Notes: a model not told the origin generated them from the sequence alone. A stretch of DNA of 64,000 nt from Felis catus (GCF_018350175.1 NC_058369.1:8744001-8808000), one strand, 5' to 3'. Shown: positions 1 to 12,780, numbered from the stretch's first letter. A program made the numbers and translations.

Positions 1-283
1 ATCTGCACTTCAGCTGCAAAGGCTGCCTGCTGCTGGGACTCCTTCCCGCTCGGGATGTGTCCCTCTTTTTCTTATTATTGGTGCCTTCACCTTACTGGAT
101 GAGGTGCATCCACTCCGTGGAGGGTAATCTGCTTTACTCCAGGTCACCCGATTTAAATGTTAATCTCAAAACAAGTTGATCTCCTTCAAAAATCACCTTT
201 ATAGAGATACACTCACAACGTTTGGACCAAACACCTGAGCACCATGGCCCAGCTAACTTTACTTGTAAAATTAAACATCCTCT
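1..283 (-). mobile_element. MLT2-type (ERVL) LTR fragment
   Basis: ggagggtaatctgctttactc...atttaaatgttaatctca...taaaattaaacatc resembles the reverse complement of the MLT2 5' end. Confidence 0.75.
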
Positions 284-296
284 ATGGTTAATACCA

Positions 297-303
297 ATTT
301 TTT

Positions 304-352
<49 letters not shown>

Positions 353-361
353 TTTATTTTT
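297..361. repeat. (ATTT)n tail of the adjacent L1
   Basis: Direct reading. Confidence 0.95.
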
Positions 362-1767
362 CAAGTTTACATCCAAGTTAGTGCAATAACGATTTCAGGA
401 GTAGTTTCCTTAGTGCCCCTTCCCCATTTAGCCCATCCCCCCTCCCACACCCACTCCAGCAACCCTCAGTTTGTTCTCTATATTTGAGTCTCTTATGTTT
501 TGTCCCCCTCCCTGTTTTTATATTGTTTTTGCTTCCCTTCCCCTATGTTCATCTGTTTTGTATCTTAAATTCCTCATAAGAGTGAAGTCCTATGATATTT
601 GTCTTTCTCTGACTAATTTCGCCTAGCATAATACCCTCCAGTTCCATCCACATAGTTGCAAATGGCAAGATTTCATTCTTTTTGATGGCTGAGTAATATT
701 CCATTGTATGTATATACCACATCTTCTTTATCCATTCATCCACCGAGGGACATTGGGCTCTTTCCATACTTTGTCTATTGTCAACAATGCTGCTATAAAC
801 ATGGGGGTGCATGTGCCCCTTCAAAACAGCACACCTGTATTCTGTGGATAAATGCCTAGTAGTGCAATGGCTGGGTCATAGGGTAGTTCTAGGTTTAATT
901 TTTTGAGGAACCTCCATGCTGTTTTCCAAGAGTGGCTGCACCAGTTTGCATTCCCATCAGCAGGGCAAAAGAGATACTCTTTCTCTGCATCCTCATCAAC
1001 ATCTGTTGTTGCCGGGGTTGTTAACGTTAGCTATTCTGACAGGTGTGAGGTGGTATCTCATTGTGGTTTTGATTTGTATCTCCCTGATGGTGAGTGACGT
1101 TGAGCATTTTTTCACGTGTCGGTTGGCCATCTGGATGTCTTCTTTGAAAAGTGTTCATGTGTTTTGGCCATTTCTTCACTGGATTATTTGTGTTTTGGGT
1201 GTTGAGTTTGAGAAGTTCTTTATAGATTTTGGATACTAACCTTTTATCTGATATGTCGTCTGCAAATATCTTCTCCCATTCTGTCAGTTGCCTTTTAGTT
1301 TTGCTGATTGTTTCCTTCACTGTGCAGAAGCTTTTTATTTTGATGAGGTCCCAGTAGTTCATTTTTGCTTTTGTTTCCCTTGCCTCCGGAGACGTGTTGA
1401 GTAAGAAATTGCTGCGGGCAAGATCAAAGAGGTTTTTGCCTGCTTTCTCCTCGAGGATTTTGATAGCTTCCTGTCTTACATTGAGGTCTTTCATTCATTT
1501 TGAGTTTGTTTTTGTGTCTGGTGTAAGAAAGTGGTCCAGGTTCATTCTTCTGCATGTCGCTGTCCAGTTTTCCCAGCACCGTTCACTGGAGAGACCGTCT
1601 TTATTCCTTTGGATATTCTTTCCTGCTTTGTCAGAGATTAGTTGGCCGTACGTTTGTGGGTCCATTTCTGGGTTCTCTATTCTGTTCCATTGATCTGAGT
1701 GTCTGTTCTTGTGCCAGTACCATACTGTCTTGATGGATATAGCTTTGTAATACAGCTTGAAGTCCGA
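297..1767 (-). mobile_element. 5'-truncated carnivore LINE-1 (ORF2 C-terminus plus 3' UTR)
   Basis: ORF fragments [57 protein letters not shown]. Confidence 0.95.
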
Positions 1768-1933
1768 ATACAAATTTTTGTTCATTATGAGTTAATATTG
1801 AATGTCAAGTTTCAAACAGGCTGACATTTAAGTCTACCTGAAGACTTGCTCTTAGCATGTCAACTCAGTTTTATTTCTTTGCCCCAAAGTGCCTAGATGA
1901 TTTATTAGTTTCTTGTATAAAAAATCATCAACA

Positions 1934-2120
1934 GGGGCACCTAGGTGGCTCAGTCGGTTAAGCATTGACTTCAGCTCAGGTCATGATCTCGTGGTTCGTG
2001 AGTTCGAGCCCTGCGTCGGGCTCTGTGCTGACAGCTCGGAGCCTGGAGCCTGCTTCGGATTCTGTGTCTCCCTCTCTCTCTGCCCTTCCCCCACTTTTGC
2101 TCTCTCTCAAAGACAAATAA
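1934..2120 (+). mobile_element. CanSINE
   Basis: tRNA-derived head, (CT)n, A-tail. Confidence 0.9.
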
Positions 2121-2149
2121 TAGTCAACAGTGAAAAAAACAGTCAACAG

Positions 2150-2790
2150 TGAAGCAGTGTTTTAAACAAGACTTGACATAAGTGTGAACCGAGGATTATA
2201 CATGCTTTCTTGTAAATGTCAAGGCTGCATAAAACAGTTTGCAGTACGTCAGGACATGGGATGTTCAGCACCATCGACTAGAGGAGGAACATCATCCAAC
2301 CAAGCGACAGTCAACAGTTGGGAAACTACGGCCAAAGGAATGATGGCGAGCACTTGAAATCTGTAAATATACATAGAAGACTGAGGCAGGAATGGGGATC
2401 AGGGCGGGAGACAAGTGTCCACGCGAATGGCGCACATGCCGACAAGGTAGAAATAACGCAACTTACAAATGAGAGGAAATGAAATAAGCTCACTGAGGTA
2501 TGGGCAATTGGAGGGCATGAGAAGACCTAAAAATAAACCCCATAATGAACCAGGTAGTGACGTGTTGGATGAGGAGACAGAGAGGTACCAGAAAGGGGTA
2601 AGTACAGAGATAACAACTAGAACAAATACGTGAGCCTGAAGTTCTAAAAATAACGCAGAATACGTATCTCATGAGAACACCGCCTACAAAACAATCTGTG
2701 TAATCGTAAAACCTTATGATGCCCAGAAAAAAAGGATCTCCTAGGAGAAAAAGTATCCTAGTATCCACACGTCGGTTTCTAAGACTCTGA
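2150..2790 (+). mobile_element. Old L1 (L1MC-like) 3' region
   Basis: cctagtatccacacgtcggtttctaa resembles the L1MC 3' UTR; highly diverged. Confidence 0.35.
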
Positions 2791-2793
2791 TTT

Positions 2794-3038
2794 AGGGGCG
2801 CCTGGGTGGCGCAGTCGGTTAAGCGTCCGACTTCAGCCAGGTCACGATCTCGCGGTCCGTGAGTTCGAGCCCCGCGTCAGGCTCTGGGCTGATGGCTCAG
2901 AGCCTGGAGCCTGTTTCCGATTCTGTGTCTCCCTCTCTCTCTGCCCCTCCCCCGTTCATGCTCTGTCTCTCTCTGTCCCAAAAATAAATAAACGTTGAAA
3001 AAAAAAATTAAAAAAAAAATAAATAAAAAAAAATAAAA
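2794..3038 (+). mobile_element. Young felid-type CanSINE
   Basis: ggggcgcctgggtggcgcagtcggttaagcgtccgacttcagccagg head, (CT)n, poly(A). Confidence 0.95.
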
Positions 3039-3204
3039 TTACCGTTCAACAGCCTTGGGTGCAAGAGCGAAATCTACATGCAAATGACAAGTACCCAACC
3101 GAGGACTGGCAGGAGAGCAGAGATGTGGGCTAAGGGAGAGGATGCTTGGATACTACAGGCGCAGGTAGAAAGGGAGGCTGAACCATTTAATGAAAAGCCT
3201 CAGC

Positions 3205-3545
3205 TTCTCGAAACAGAGTAGGACGGTGGTTCCCAGGGGGCAGAGGCATTAGGGGGATGTAGTTTAAGGGTCCAGACTTGGAGCTGGAAGGCGAATGCTC
3301 TGGCGGTCCGCCGCACAGCACAGTGATCATGACCTGTATTTCAGACCTCAAAATTGAGAGGCTAGACCTTACGTGTTCTTACCACAAAAAAGGAATGATA
3401 GCTGTGTGACATAAAAAGGAATGACAGCTGTGTGACGTCGTAGTGTTAACAAATGCTGAGGTGAAAGTTCTGCATGTTAATAAATGTATCAGATCAACGT
3501 GTCGTACCCCTTCGACTTACACAATGTTGTGTGTCAGATCTCAAT
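3205..3545 (+). mobile_element. Old L1 (L1MA-like) 3' end
   Basis: gtgttcttaccacaaaaaa...aaatgtatcagatcaac...tacacaatgttgtgtgtca; contains a 26-bp tandem duplication at ~3387-3437. Confidence 0.7.
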
Positions 3546-3559
3546 TTTTTTTTTTTAAA

Positions 3560-5280
3560 AGTTCTTGTGTTCTGAAGCCTACTCAGGCCATATCCTGTAT
3601 ATACCTTTCCCATTTTCCAATGTAATGCTGCTGTTTTTTTTTTAATGTTTATTTTTGAGAGGGGGGCAAGGCAGAGAGAGGGGGAGACAGAATCCAAAGC
3701 AGGCTCCAGGCTCTGAGCTGTCAGCCCAGAGCCCCAGGCGGCGGGCTTGAACTCACGGACTGCGAGATCGTGACCTGAGCTGAAGTCGGACGCTCTGAGC
3801 CACCCAGGTGCCCCAGAATCCTGCTGCTGTTACACAGTTTTATGGCTCAGTGGTATAGATAACAGTGATGGGCATTAAGGGTCATTACTACATGGTGTCT
3901 TCTGGTCAGAAATTTAGTCTCTACCAGGGTTCGGTAGGAAGCCAAGGTCATTTTTCAAATGGAAGAAAGTTCAGAAGTGAGTTTTGTGAAATTTTAGGGG
4001 TCTGCCCTGTGATTCTTCTCCTCTCTGGGGTTTCCCTAAGCTCCATACGGCATACTCTGGTACATCATCAGACCTATGTAATAAGACCCGAATGGAAGGG
4101 CATTGCCCTGCAACGTGGACACGATGCAGAACTTTTTCTCTTCTGGTTCACACACAAAACTGGCATTCTTCTGTGTCTCCCAGTGAACAAGTCTGAGTGG
4201 CAGGCTCAGATTTTTTTTTTTTTTTTTTTAACGTTTGAGAGAGAAAGAACGAGCAGGGGAGGGGCAGAGAGAGAGAAAGAGAATTCCAAGTGGGCTCCGT
4301 GCCTGGCACAGAGCCCGATGCGGGGCTTGATCCCACGACCGTGAGATCGTGACCCGAGCCGTTATCAAGAGTTGGACGCTCAACTGACTGAGCCACCCAG
4401 GCGACCCCAGGATCAGATGTTGGAGGGCAGCGCAGAGTGCAGCAACTTGTCCCCCATGCTGCAAGTGGCACATCATCCTGTTCTCAACCGAGACTGTAGA
4501 AAATCCACAAACGTGCACGACCCGTACACGCAGCATTTACACCCCAGCATCTGATATGCGTGTGTCTGCGCTCTGTTTTGACGTAGATAACGTCTTATGA
4601 CCTAGCCCTAAGACAGGACGGTAAATGGACGTTGTTGTGACTTCCAAGTAAAGGAAAATGGGTTCCGATGAACTCTCCTGGCAGAGATGAGCAAAGAGCA
4701 GGTGCCATACCAAATGCCAGGGGCCGCCTTCGTACGCCCCAGTAACGACACCACATTTGGAAACCAGCGGTTATTAACATCCCAAACTATTTAAGTGTGT
4801 GATGTTCCAAGCTCGTTCCGTAGTTTTGTTAACAAGCAAACATGTGAATTGAACAAGGAAGTGGTAAGGGGCGCCTGGGTGGCTCAGTGGCTTAAGTGTC
4901 TGGCTCTCGCGATCAGCTCAGGTCACGATCTCATGGTTTGTGGGATGGAACATTGCTCTCGGATGTGCGCTGGGTGTGGAGCCTGCTTGAGATGCTCTCT
5001 CACCCTCTTCCTCCGCCCCTCTCCTCACGTGTGTGCGTGCTCTCTCTCTCAAAATAAATAATAAAAAAAAATGGTTAAAAAAAAACCCCTGTATCAGGTA
5101 GGTCTCTGATAGAACTTATCCCTGTTCATTCCTCCCTGGATGCAGTTACCTCTGGGTTATTATCTTGGTTGGGCAAACAGATCAAGAAGCATCCGTTTAG
5201 CCTTTCCCACCGGAATGTGCCGCAACAAGTGTGTTAGGAAACCAGCGTAGGTATTTTGCCAGTTGATAAGTACATCTGTA
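3560..5280 (-). mobile_element. ERVL-class pol remnant (RT to RNase H tether), split by SINEs
   Basis: Minus-strand translations FSFTWKSQQRPFTVL (cf. FAFTWQGQQYTFTVL), PFEK*..LASYRTLVET (cf. PFEKQLLACYWALVET), QQHYIGKWERYIQD (cf. QQHSIIKWKWYIRD). Confidence 0.8.
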
Positions 5281-5282
5281 TT

Positions 5283-5317
<35 letters not shown>

Positions 5318-5576
5318 TTTTAATTATTTACTTGAAAAAAATTTTAATGTTTATTTTTGAGAGAGAAAGAGAAAGAGAGAGAGCGCATGCACACGAGTGG
5401 GGCAGGGGCAGTGAAAGACACACACACACACAGACACACCCAGAATTCGAAGCAGGCTCCGGGCTCCGAGCTGTCAGCACAGAGCCCAACGTGGGGCTTG
5501 AACTCACAGACCACGAGATCATGACCTGAGCCGAATGAAGTCGGACACTCAACTGACTGAGCCACCCAGGCGTCCC

Positions 5577-6340
5577 AAGAAATATGCCCAGATACAGGCA
5601 CAGAAGCTTTACTCACACCAGAAACTGGAAGCAACTGGGAGGCCCCTCAGAAGGTGAATGGATAAACAACTTGTGATACGTTCAAATAGCGGACTGTTAT
5701 TCAGTGATGAAATGAAATGAGCTCTCAGAGAAGATATGGGAGGGGCGCCTGGGTGGCCCAGTCGGTTAAGCGTCCGACTCCGGCTGGGGTTCATGGGTTC
5801 GAGCCCTGCGTCGGGTTCTCTGCTGTCTTTGCAGAGACTGCTCTGCATCCTCTGTCTCCCTCTCCTTCTCTCTGCTCCTCCCCTGCTCGCCCCCTCTTTC
5901 TCTGTCTCAAAAGTAAACATTAAAAAAAAAAAAAACAGACACAGGGAACCTTCAAAACATACTAAGTGAAAAAAAAAAATCCCATCCCAAAAGGCTACAT
6001 TCTGTATAATTCCAACTGTTTTGTATTCTGGAGCAGGGAAAACTATGCCACAGATTTGAAAAACGGGAGTAGGGGATTGGTGGGTAAGTAGGTGGAACAG
6101 AGATTTTTTGGACAGTGAATGGTATTTAGAAAATGTGGTGATTGTGTATATATGACACCACGCATTTGTGAAGATTCACGGAAATATACAGCACAAAGAA
6201 TGAACTATAATGGAAACTCGAGACTTCAGTTCATAATGACGTACCGGTATTGGTTCATGAATTAGAACAAATGCACCGCACTAATGCAAAATGTTAAAAA
6301 TGGAGGAAACTGTGCGGAGGGGAAGGGAGAAGGGGTAGGT
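5577..6340 (+). mobile_element. Old L1 (L1MB/MC-like) 3' fragment
   Basis: aaactggaagcaac...gtgaatggataaac; ggctacattctgtataattcca; gtaccggtattggttcat. Confidence 0.7.
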
Positions 6341-9300
6341 TTCCTCTTCTTGTCCATGATATTCAGTGTGATGTTCATTATCAAGTTGAGGAATTTCCGT
6401 TCTATTTCTAGAATGTCAGTAGTTTTAAAAATTTTTTTAATGTTTATTTTGAGAGAGAGAGAGAGCGTGAGTTGGGGAGAGGGACAGAGAGGGCGAGAGA
6501 AAGAGAGAGAGAGAGAGAGAGGAAATCCTAAGCAGACTCCATGCTCAGAACAGAGCCAGATGTGGGGCTTGATCCCACAACCCTAGGATCATGACCTGAG
6601 CTGAAATCAAGAGTTGGGACACTCAACCAACTGAGCCACCCAGGTGCCCCAGTAGTTTTTGTTGTTGTTGTTGTTGTTTAATCAGCAGTGGAGAGTTGGA
6701 TTTGTCAAATGCTTTTTCTGCATCTGTTGATATGATCGTATGCTTTTTTTCTTCTTTAGCCTGTTGGTGTGAATTACTTTGATTTGCATATGTTGATCTA
6801 CCCTTGCATACCTGGAATAAACTACATTTGCTCATGATGTATGGTTCTTTTTATACATTGTTATATTCAACTTGCTAATATATTATTATTTTTTTGAAAT
6901 GATTTTTTAACATTTATTCATTTTTGAGAGACAGCGTGAGCAGGGGAGGAGCAGAGAGAGAGAGAGAGGGAGACACAGAATCCGAAGCAGGCTCCAGACT
7001 CCCAGCTGTCAACACAGAGCCTGATGCAGAGCTCGAACCCACAAATTGTGAGATCATGACCTGAGCCGAAGTCACGCAACCAATTAAGCCACGCAGGCAC
7101 CCTAAATTATTTTATTTTAGAGCAAACATGCACGGGGGGGTGGGGAGGGAGAGAGAGAGAGAGATGGAGGGAGGAGAGACAACCTTAAACAGGCTTCATG
7201 TTCAGTGTGGAGCCCTACATGGTGCTCAACCCCATGACCCTGGGATGGCCCAAAATCAAGAGTTGGACGCTCAATTGACTAAGCCACAATTTGCTAATAT
7301 ATTATTATTTTTGCATTTATGTTCATGAGAATGTTAATCTGAATTTCTCCTTTCTTAAAATGTCTTTATCTGGTTTTGGTATTAAAGTAACTGTGGCCTC
7401 TCTAAGGGAGTGTTCCCTCTGTTTCTAGTTTGTGGAAAAGAATGAAGAGAACTGAGATAATTCTTCCTTAAGTGTTTATTAGGATTCACCAGTGAATTCA
7501 CCTGGGCATGGTGCTTTCTTTTTTTGGAAAGTAATTATTGATTCAATTACTTTAATAGCTACAGGTCTGTTCAGACCTGTGTGTGTGTGTGGGGGGGGGT
7601 GGTTTGGGTCAAAGGGTCAAATGTGTTTTTCAAGAACTTGGTCCAGTTGATTGAGGTTACCAGATTTGTGGGCACGGAGTTATTCATAATGTTCCTTTGT
7701 CATCCTTTTAATTCTCATGAAATGAGCTATGATGGCCTCTCCTTCATTTATGATATTAACAGGTGTTTTTTTTTATTGACTATCCTGCTTAGAGCTTTAT
7801 CAATTTCATTGATTTTTTTTTTTTTCAAATAAACATCTTTGATGAGGTGCCTGGGTGGCTCAGGTGGTTAAGCATCCAACTTTGGCTCAGGTCATGATTT
7901 CATGGCTTGCGGGTTCAAGCCCCGCGTCAGGCTCTGGGCAGCCTGGATCCTGCTTCAGGTTCTGTGTCTCCCTCTGTCTCTGACCCCCCTTTGCTTGTGC
8001 TCTCGCTCTCTCTAAACAAAACAAAACCATTAAAAAAATCTGTTTTACTGATTTTTTTCTACTGATTTCCTGTTTTTAATTACACTGGTTTGGGTTTTAT
8101 TTTTTCTGACTCCTCTTTCTCTAGTTTCCAAAAGTTGAGGATTATTTTCTTTTCTAATGTGTGCCTTCAAGTGCTATCAGTTTCTCCCCCAAGCACTGCC
8201 ATTAACTGCATCCCACACGTAAGTGTGGGATAGATTTCCATTTTCCATCAGCTGCAATTTTTTAAAGTTTTTTTAAATTTCTGCACCCAACATGGGGCTC
8301 AAATGACCCTGAGATCAAAGTCACATTCTCTTCCAACTGAGCTAGCCAGGTGCCCCAGATGAAATATTTAAAATTTTCTCTTAAGAAGTGTGTGGCTCTG
8401 GGGCGCCTGGGTGGCGCAGTCGGTTAAGTGTCCGACTTCAGCCAGGTCACGATCTCGCGGTCCGTGAGTTCGAGCCCCGCGTCAGGCTCTGGGCTGATGG
8501 CTCGGAGCCTGGAGCCTGTTTCCAATTCTGTGTCTCCCTCTCTCTCTGCCCCTCCCCTGTTCATGCTCTGTCTCTCTCTGTCCCAAAAATAAATTTAAAA
8601 AAACGTTGAAAAAAAATTAAAAAAAAAAAAAAAAGAAGTGTGTGGCTCAGGGGTGCCTGGGTGGCTCGGTCGGTTGAGCGTCCGACTTTGGCTCAGGCCA
8701 TGATCTCACGTTTTAGGAGTTCAAGCCCCGTGTCGGGCTCTGTACTGAAAGCTCAGGGCCTGAGACCTGCTTCAGACTCTGTGTCTCCCCTTCTCTCTGC
8801 CCCTCCCTTGTTCATGCTGTTTGTCAGTAATAAATAAACGTTTAAAAAATATTAAAAAGAAGCATGTGGCTCAGTCTTCAACATTTGGTGGTTTTCCAGC
8901 TATCTTTTCTGCTACTGATTTCTAGTTTAAATCTGTTGTGTTCTGACAGCATCCTTTGTAGGGCTTCTGGTCTTAATTTTTTTACAGGTGTGTGTTAGGG
9001 CCCAGAATGTAGCTGGTACTTGTTCCATTGTTAGTTTGAGATGAATGTCTATCCTGCTGCTGTTGGATGAAATCATCTATCAATATCACATAAGACCAGT
9101 TGATTGATGGTCCTTCTCTCTTCAACAATGTATTTACCAATTTTCTGCCCGCTGGATCTGCCAATTACTGACAGAGTGAGGTTATAGTTGTGGATTTGTC
9201 TGTCTTACTGTGCAGTTCTGTGTATTTTGCGTCAGTTACTTTGACAATGTTGTTTGGCATATGACATATTAAGGTTTATTGGGTCTTCCTGGAGAATTAG

Positions 9301-10040
9301 CAGATTCACTAGTATGTAATGCCCTTCTTTCTCCCAGATAATCTTCCTTGTTCTGAAGTTGGCTTTGTGTGAAACTAACAGTTTTTTTAAAATTCATAGC
9401 CCGGTCATTCAGAGTCTCTCCTGTACCGGAGTCTTGTTTTGATGACTGTTTTGTCTCTTCAGAATGTGTTGTCTCTTCCCTTTCAGTATGCCTTCCAATT
9501 TTTGCTTGAAAGCCAGACATGATGTATCAGTTAATAAGATTTGGGGAAAATTGGCCTTTAATGGGAGGTTTTATGTGTTGTTGAATAGGAGCTAGACTAT
9601 GTTGAATGTTCACTGTTAACTGTAGGCATCCGGGGCTACAGTACCTTCCCGTGTCCTTGTATTTTTCTCCCCAGGGGGTTTGGGTATCCCAGCAACTCAA
9701 TCTTAAGTAGAGTCCGTGTCTTGCAGCTTTCTGTGTTAATCACACTGGGGCCCTGCTGATGCGATGGTAAGGTATTTGGGAGGGAAAATGTTCTGTTATG
9801 ATGATGAAGCCTGTGGTGTTTTGATGGCACAGAATCCCTGGACTATGAAAATTTCCTCCCCGTTAGTCAAAGAGGAAAGGTGCAGAGGGCTCGAGTTGTC
9901 TGGTTGTTCTTTCCCCAATCAGATAATGCGTTGGCAAATTCGTTTTCTTTGAAGGGCGGTTTAAGTTACAGAAAACAGACTGCATTGTGTACGTATCAAA
10001 ACATTTCTTCCTGTTTCCTGCACAAAACACGAGGCAATTT
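6340..10040 (-). mobile_element. Fragmented old L1M (ORF2/ORF1/5' remnants) with many SINE insertions
   Basis: HTIISTDAEKAFDK motif (6623..6835 ORF) and typical antisense L1 ORF2 text. Confidence 0.75.
8400..8858 (+). mobile_element. Two tandem CanSINEs at one target site
   Basis: TSD aagaagtgtgtggctc present three times (third copy imperfect). Confidence 0.92.
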
Positions 10041-10049
10041 AAAAAAATT

Positions 10050-10479
10050 TTTTTCATATTTATTTAAAAAAAATTTTTTTTTCAACGTTTTTTATTTATT
10101 TTTGGGACAGAGAGAGACAGAGCATGAACAGGGGAGGGGCAGAGAGAGAGGGAGACAGAATCGGAAACAGGCTCCAGGCTCCGAGCCATCAGCCCAGAGC
10201 CTGACGCGGGGCTCGAACTCACGGACCGCGAGATCGTGACCTGGCTGAAGTCAGACGCTTAACCGACTGCGCCACCCAGGCGCCCCTTTAATATTTATTT
10301 TTGAGAGAGAGACAGCACAAGTGGGAGAAGGGCAGAGAGAGAGACACACGGAATCCAAAGCAGGCTCCAGGCTCTGAGCTGTCAGCACAGAGCCTGACAC
10401 GGGGCTTGAACTCATGAACCGTGAGATCATGACCTGAGTGCAAGTCAGACGCCCAGCCGAGTGAGCCACCCAGGCGCCC
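10050..10479 (-). mobile_element. Two nested CanSINEs
   Basis: Young copy inserted in the tail of an older copy. Confidence 0.9.
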
Positions 10480-10649
10480 TGAGGGAATTTTTTCTGATCT
10501 TCACGGTGAGAAACCGATTTGGCTCCTGCAGGAAGAATTTATGAATTGTGGGGAGCCCTCCCAAACATTTAATTCTCAAGGTAGGCTATACTCAAGCAAC
10601 TCCTCTCTTGGAGTTTGTGTGCCTACAGGTTAGCGGCTGAAGTGGTTTC

Positions 10650-10965
10650 TGCTCCCAGTTTATCAGTCAGGCACTTGGGAGAGCAGGGCAAGTGTAAGTG
10701 GGTTCAGGTGGCTGGAGTAAAGGGGGAAAAGCAGGTAGAGCCTTTAATGTGTCAAGGAGTTGGGGCTGTGGGTTTTCAAGGCTTGACCCTCCTACCATGG
10801 GCCCAGAGAGAAGAGGGGCATATGTGAACCGTCTTAGTTTTGTTGCCTATTGTGGGCTAGGCAGGGTGAGGGGGCACCTAAAGCCAGTAGTCAGACATCA
10901 AAAACATAGCGTCTTTAGTAAAGTTCACTCCCTGGTGGCTGTTCACTGAATTGTGCCCCATCACA
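10650..10965 (-). mobile_element. Possible LTR fragment
   Basis: Begins TGTGATG on the minus strand downstream of the env remnant; no polypurine tract or TSD seen. Confidence 0.35.
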
Positions 10966-11051
10966 TTTACGCAAAGTTGAATTTGAACATGAATTTTAAA
11001 AGCCATGTGACAAACACAAGCAACATGTTCTAATCAAGATGAGGAAACCTT

Positions 11052-11455
11052 GGGGCCCCTGGGTGGCTCAGTCGGTTAGGCGTCCGACTCTTGGTTCTGG
11101 CTCAGGTCATGATCTCCCGGTTCATGAGCTCAAGCCCTGCTCTAGGCTCTGTGCTGACAGCTCTCTCTCTCTCTCTCTCTCTCTCCCCCTCCCCTGCTTG
11201 CGCTCTCTCCCTCTCAAAACATTAAAAAAAAAAAGCGCCTAGGCGGCTCAGTCGGTTAAGCGTCCAACTTCGGCCCAGGTCATGATCCTGGGCTTTGTGG
11301 GTTCGAGCCCCCCATCGTCGGACTCTGTGCTGATAGCCCAGAGCCTGGAGCCTGCTTCAGAGTCCACGTCTCCCTCCCTCTCTGCCCCTCCCCTGCTTCC
11401 AGTCTGTCTCCCCAAAATAAACAAACATTTAAAAAAATAATAGAAAAAAAAAAAG
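11052..11455 (+). mobile_element. Two tandem CanSINEs
   Basis: Two heads and two tails. Confidence 0.9.
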
Positions 11456-11469
11456 ATGAGGGATCTTTG

Positions 11470-12780
11470 CAAAAGCATTGGAATCTAGTCATCCCAAGGT
11501 TTTGGGAGAGATTCGGGCATATCAATAGGCTTCTGGGGCTCTGGTTATTTTAGTAGTGTTGTTGGTTATCGTCATCTGTTGTCTCCTTTGTTGTTATTGG
11601 TGGCACTTTGCCAGTGTTGTGTACCCACGTGCAGCAAGCAGCCCCTTCAAGGGAACAGAACTCTCCCTGCCTGGCCAGTAAACCGCCCAAAGCCAAGTAG
11701 TCGGCTACCACAGCTACCAGTTTTCCTCCACCCAAAGCCTCTAAAGCATTAGCCGTCCGCGGTAGGTGCTTAGAGCGTTTGGACACTTTTTCATCGGGAC
11801 CCGTGATGAGCGTCTGTCGAATGACACCATACGTGCCCTGGACATGGACAGTGACTCCCCTGACAATGACTGCACGAGTGCCTTGGGTACGAAGACATCC
11901 CGTCTGTGTTGCGGTGGCCCTGAGGTCATTGTGGAAGAGGGAGCCCAAAATGTTGACACGCGGGGTACAGAGTGCGGGTGATGCTAGGAGGAAGGTCCCG
12001 GGGTGGGATGTGAGAGTGGGCGCTATTGTAACTGCACGGGCCCGTGAAAATGACCATTTTCACATGAAGGTCATGTACCAAAAGGCCTCTAGTCACAAGG
12101 TGCCGGCACACATGACGACAAAAACGAGGTCATGGGCCCCAAAACCGAGGGTGGAGTCTCAGGCCTTGAGCAGCAGGAAGACCCATTTAGCAGGCATCAA
12201 GGTTTGTCTAAATGAGCCTTTCTGGCTTCCGTGAGGGCTGTGGCCTGAGCTTATAGGAGGCAAGCCCCACACCCGATGGCTGGAGGGGAGGTGGGCAGGG
12301 GGATGGGCAAATAAATAAATAGGCAAGTCCCAATGAATGCCTTTTGCAAGGGTCCGGTGGTCCGGGGTTTTTTCCTTCCTCCCCTTTTTTTTGAGAAAGG
12401 AGGTGATCACATCAGTGCCTGGAGTGAATGAGTCCTTGAGTATTTGGTGTCATCAGTGGCATGTGTGTTAGGGTGAGTGAGTCATGTCTCAGTACCTAAC
12501 ACGGTCTGGTCATAGGAAGCAGCCCTGCATAGGAGATAAGGGGCCGCATAAGTCTATTTTCCACCGGCTATAACCCCCTCCTTGGCCTGGGAATTCCGTC
12601 CACTGTTTATATTACCAGTGGTGTGATTTTTTTCACAACAGGTGCTCCGGTCGGTCACTGTTTTAGCCATGTCAGAGGAAGTCCTGTGCCTTCTGCCTAC
12701 AGCTTTAGGGTAGGGGGGGTCTCCGTGGTTTCATATTTCATGGGCATACAGGGCCAAGTTTAATATTTGTATGTCTGAGA
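11470..12780 (-). mobile_element. ERV internal remnant: ERVL-like integrase N-terminus followed by gamma-type env TM
   Basis: WKIDLCGPL at ~12540-12565 (cf. ERVL WQVDYIGPL); env VVADYLALGGLLARQGEFCSLEGAACCTWVHNTG (ISD-like plus CX6CC) in ORF 11550..11948. Confidence 0.75.

Noticed and set aside
11550..11948. Captured syncytin-like env gene
   Set aside because: Only 132 codons are open, with a degenerate ISD and no signal peptide, clear fusion peptide or in-frame transmembrane anchor.
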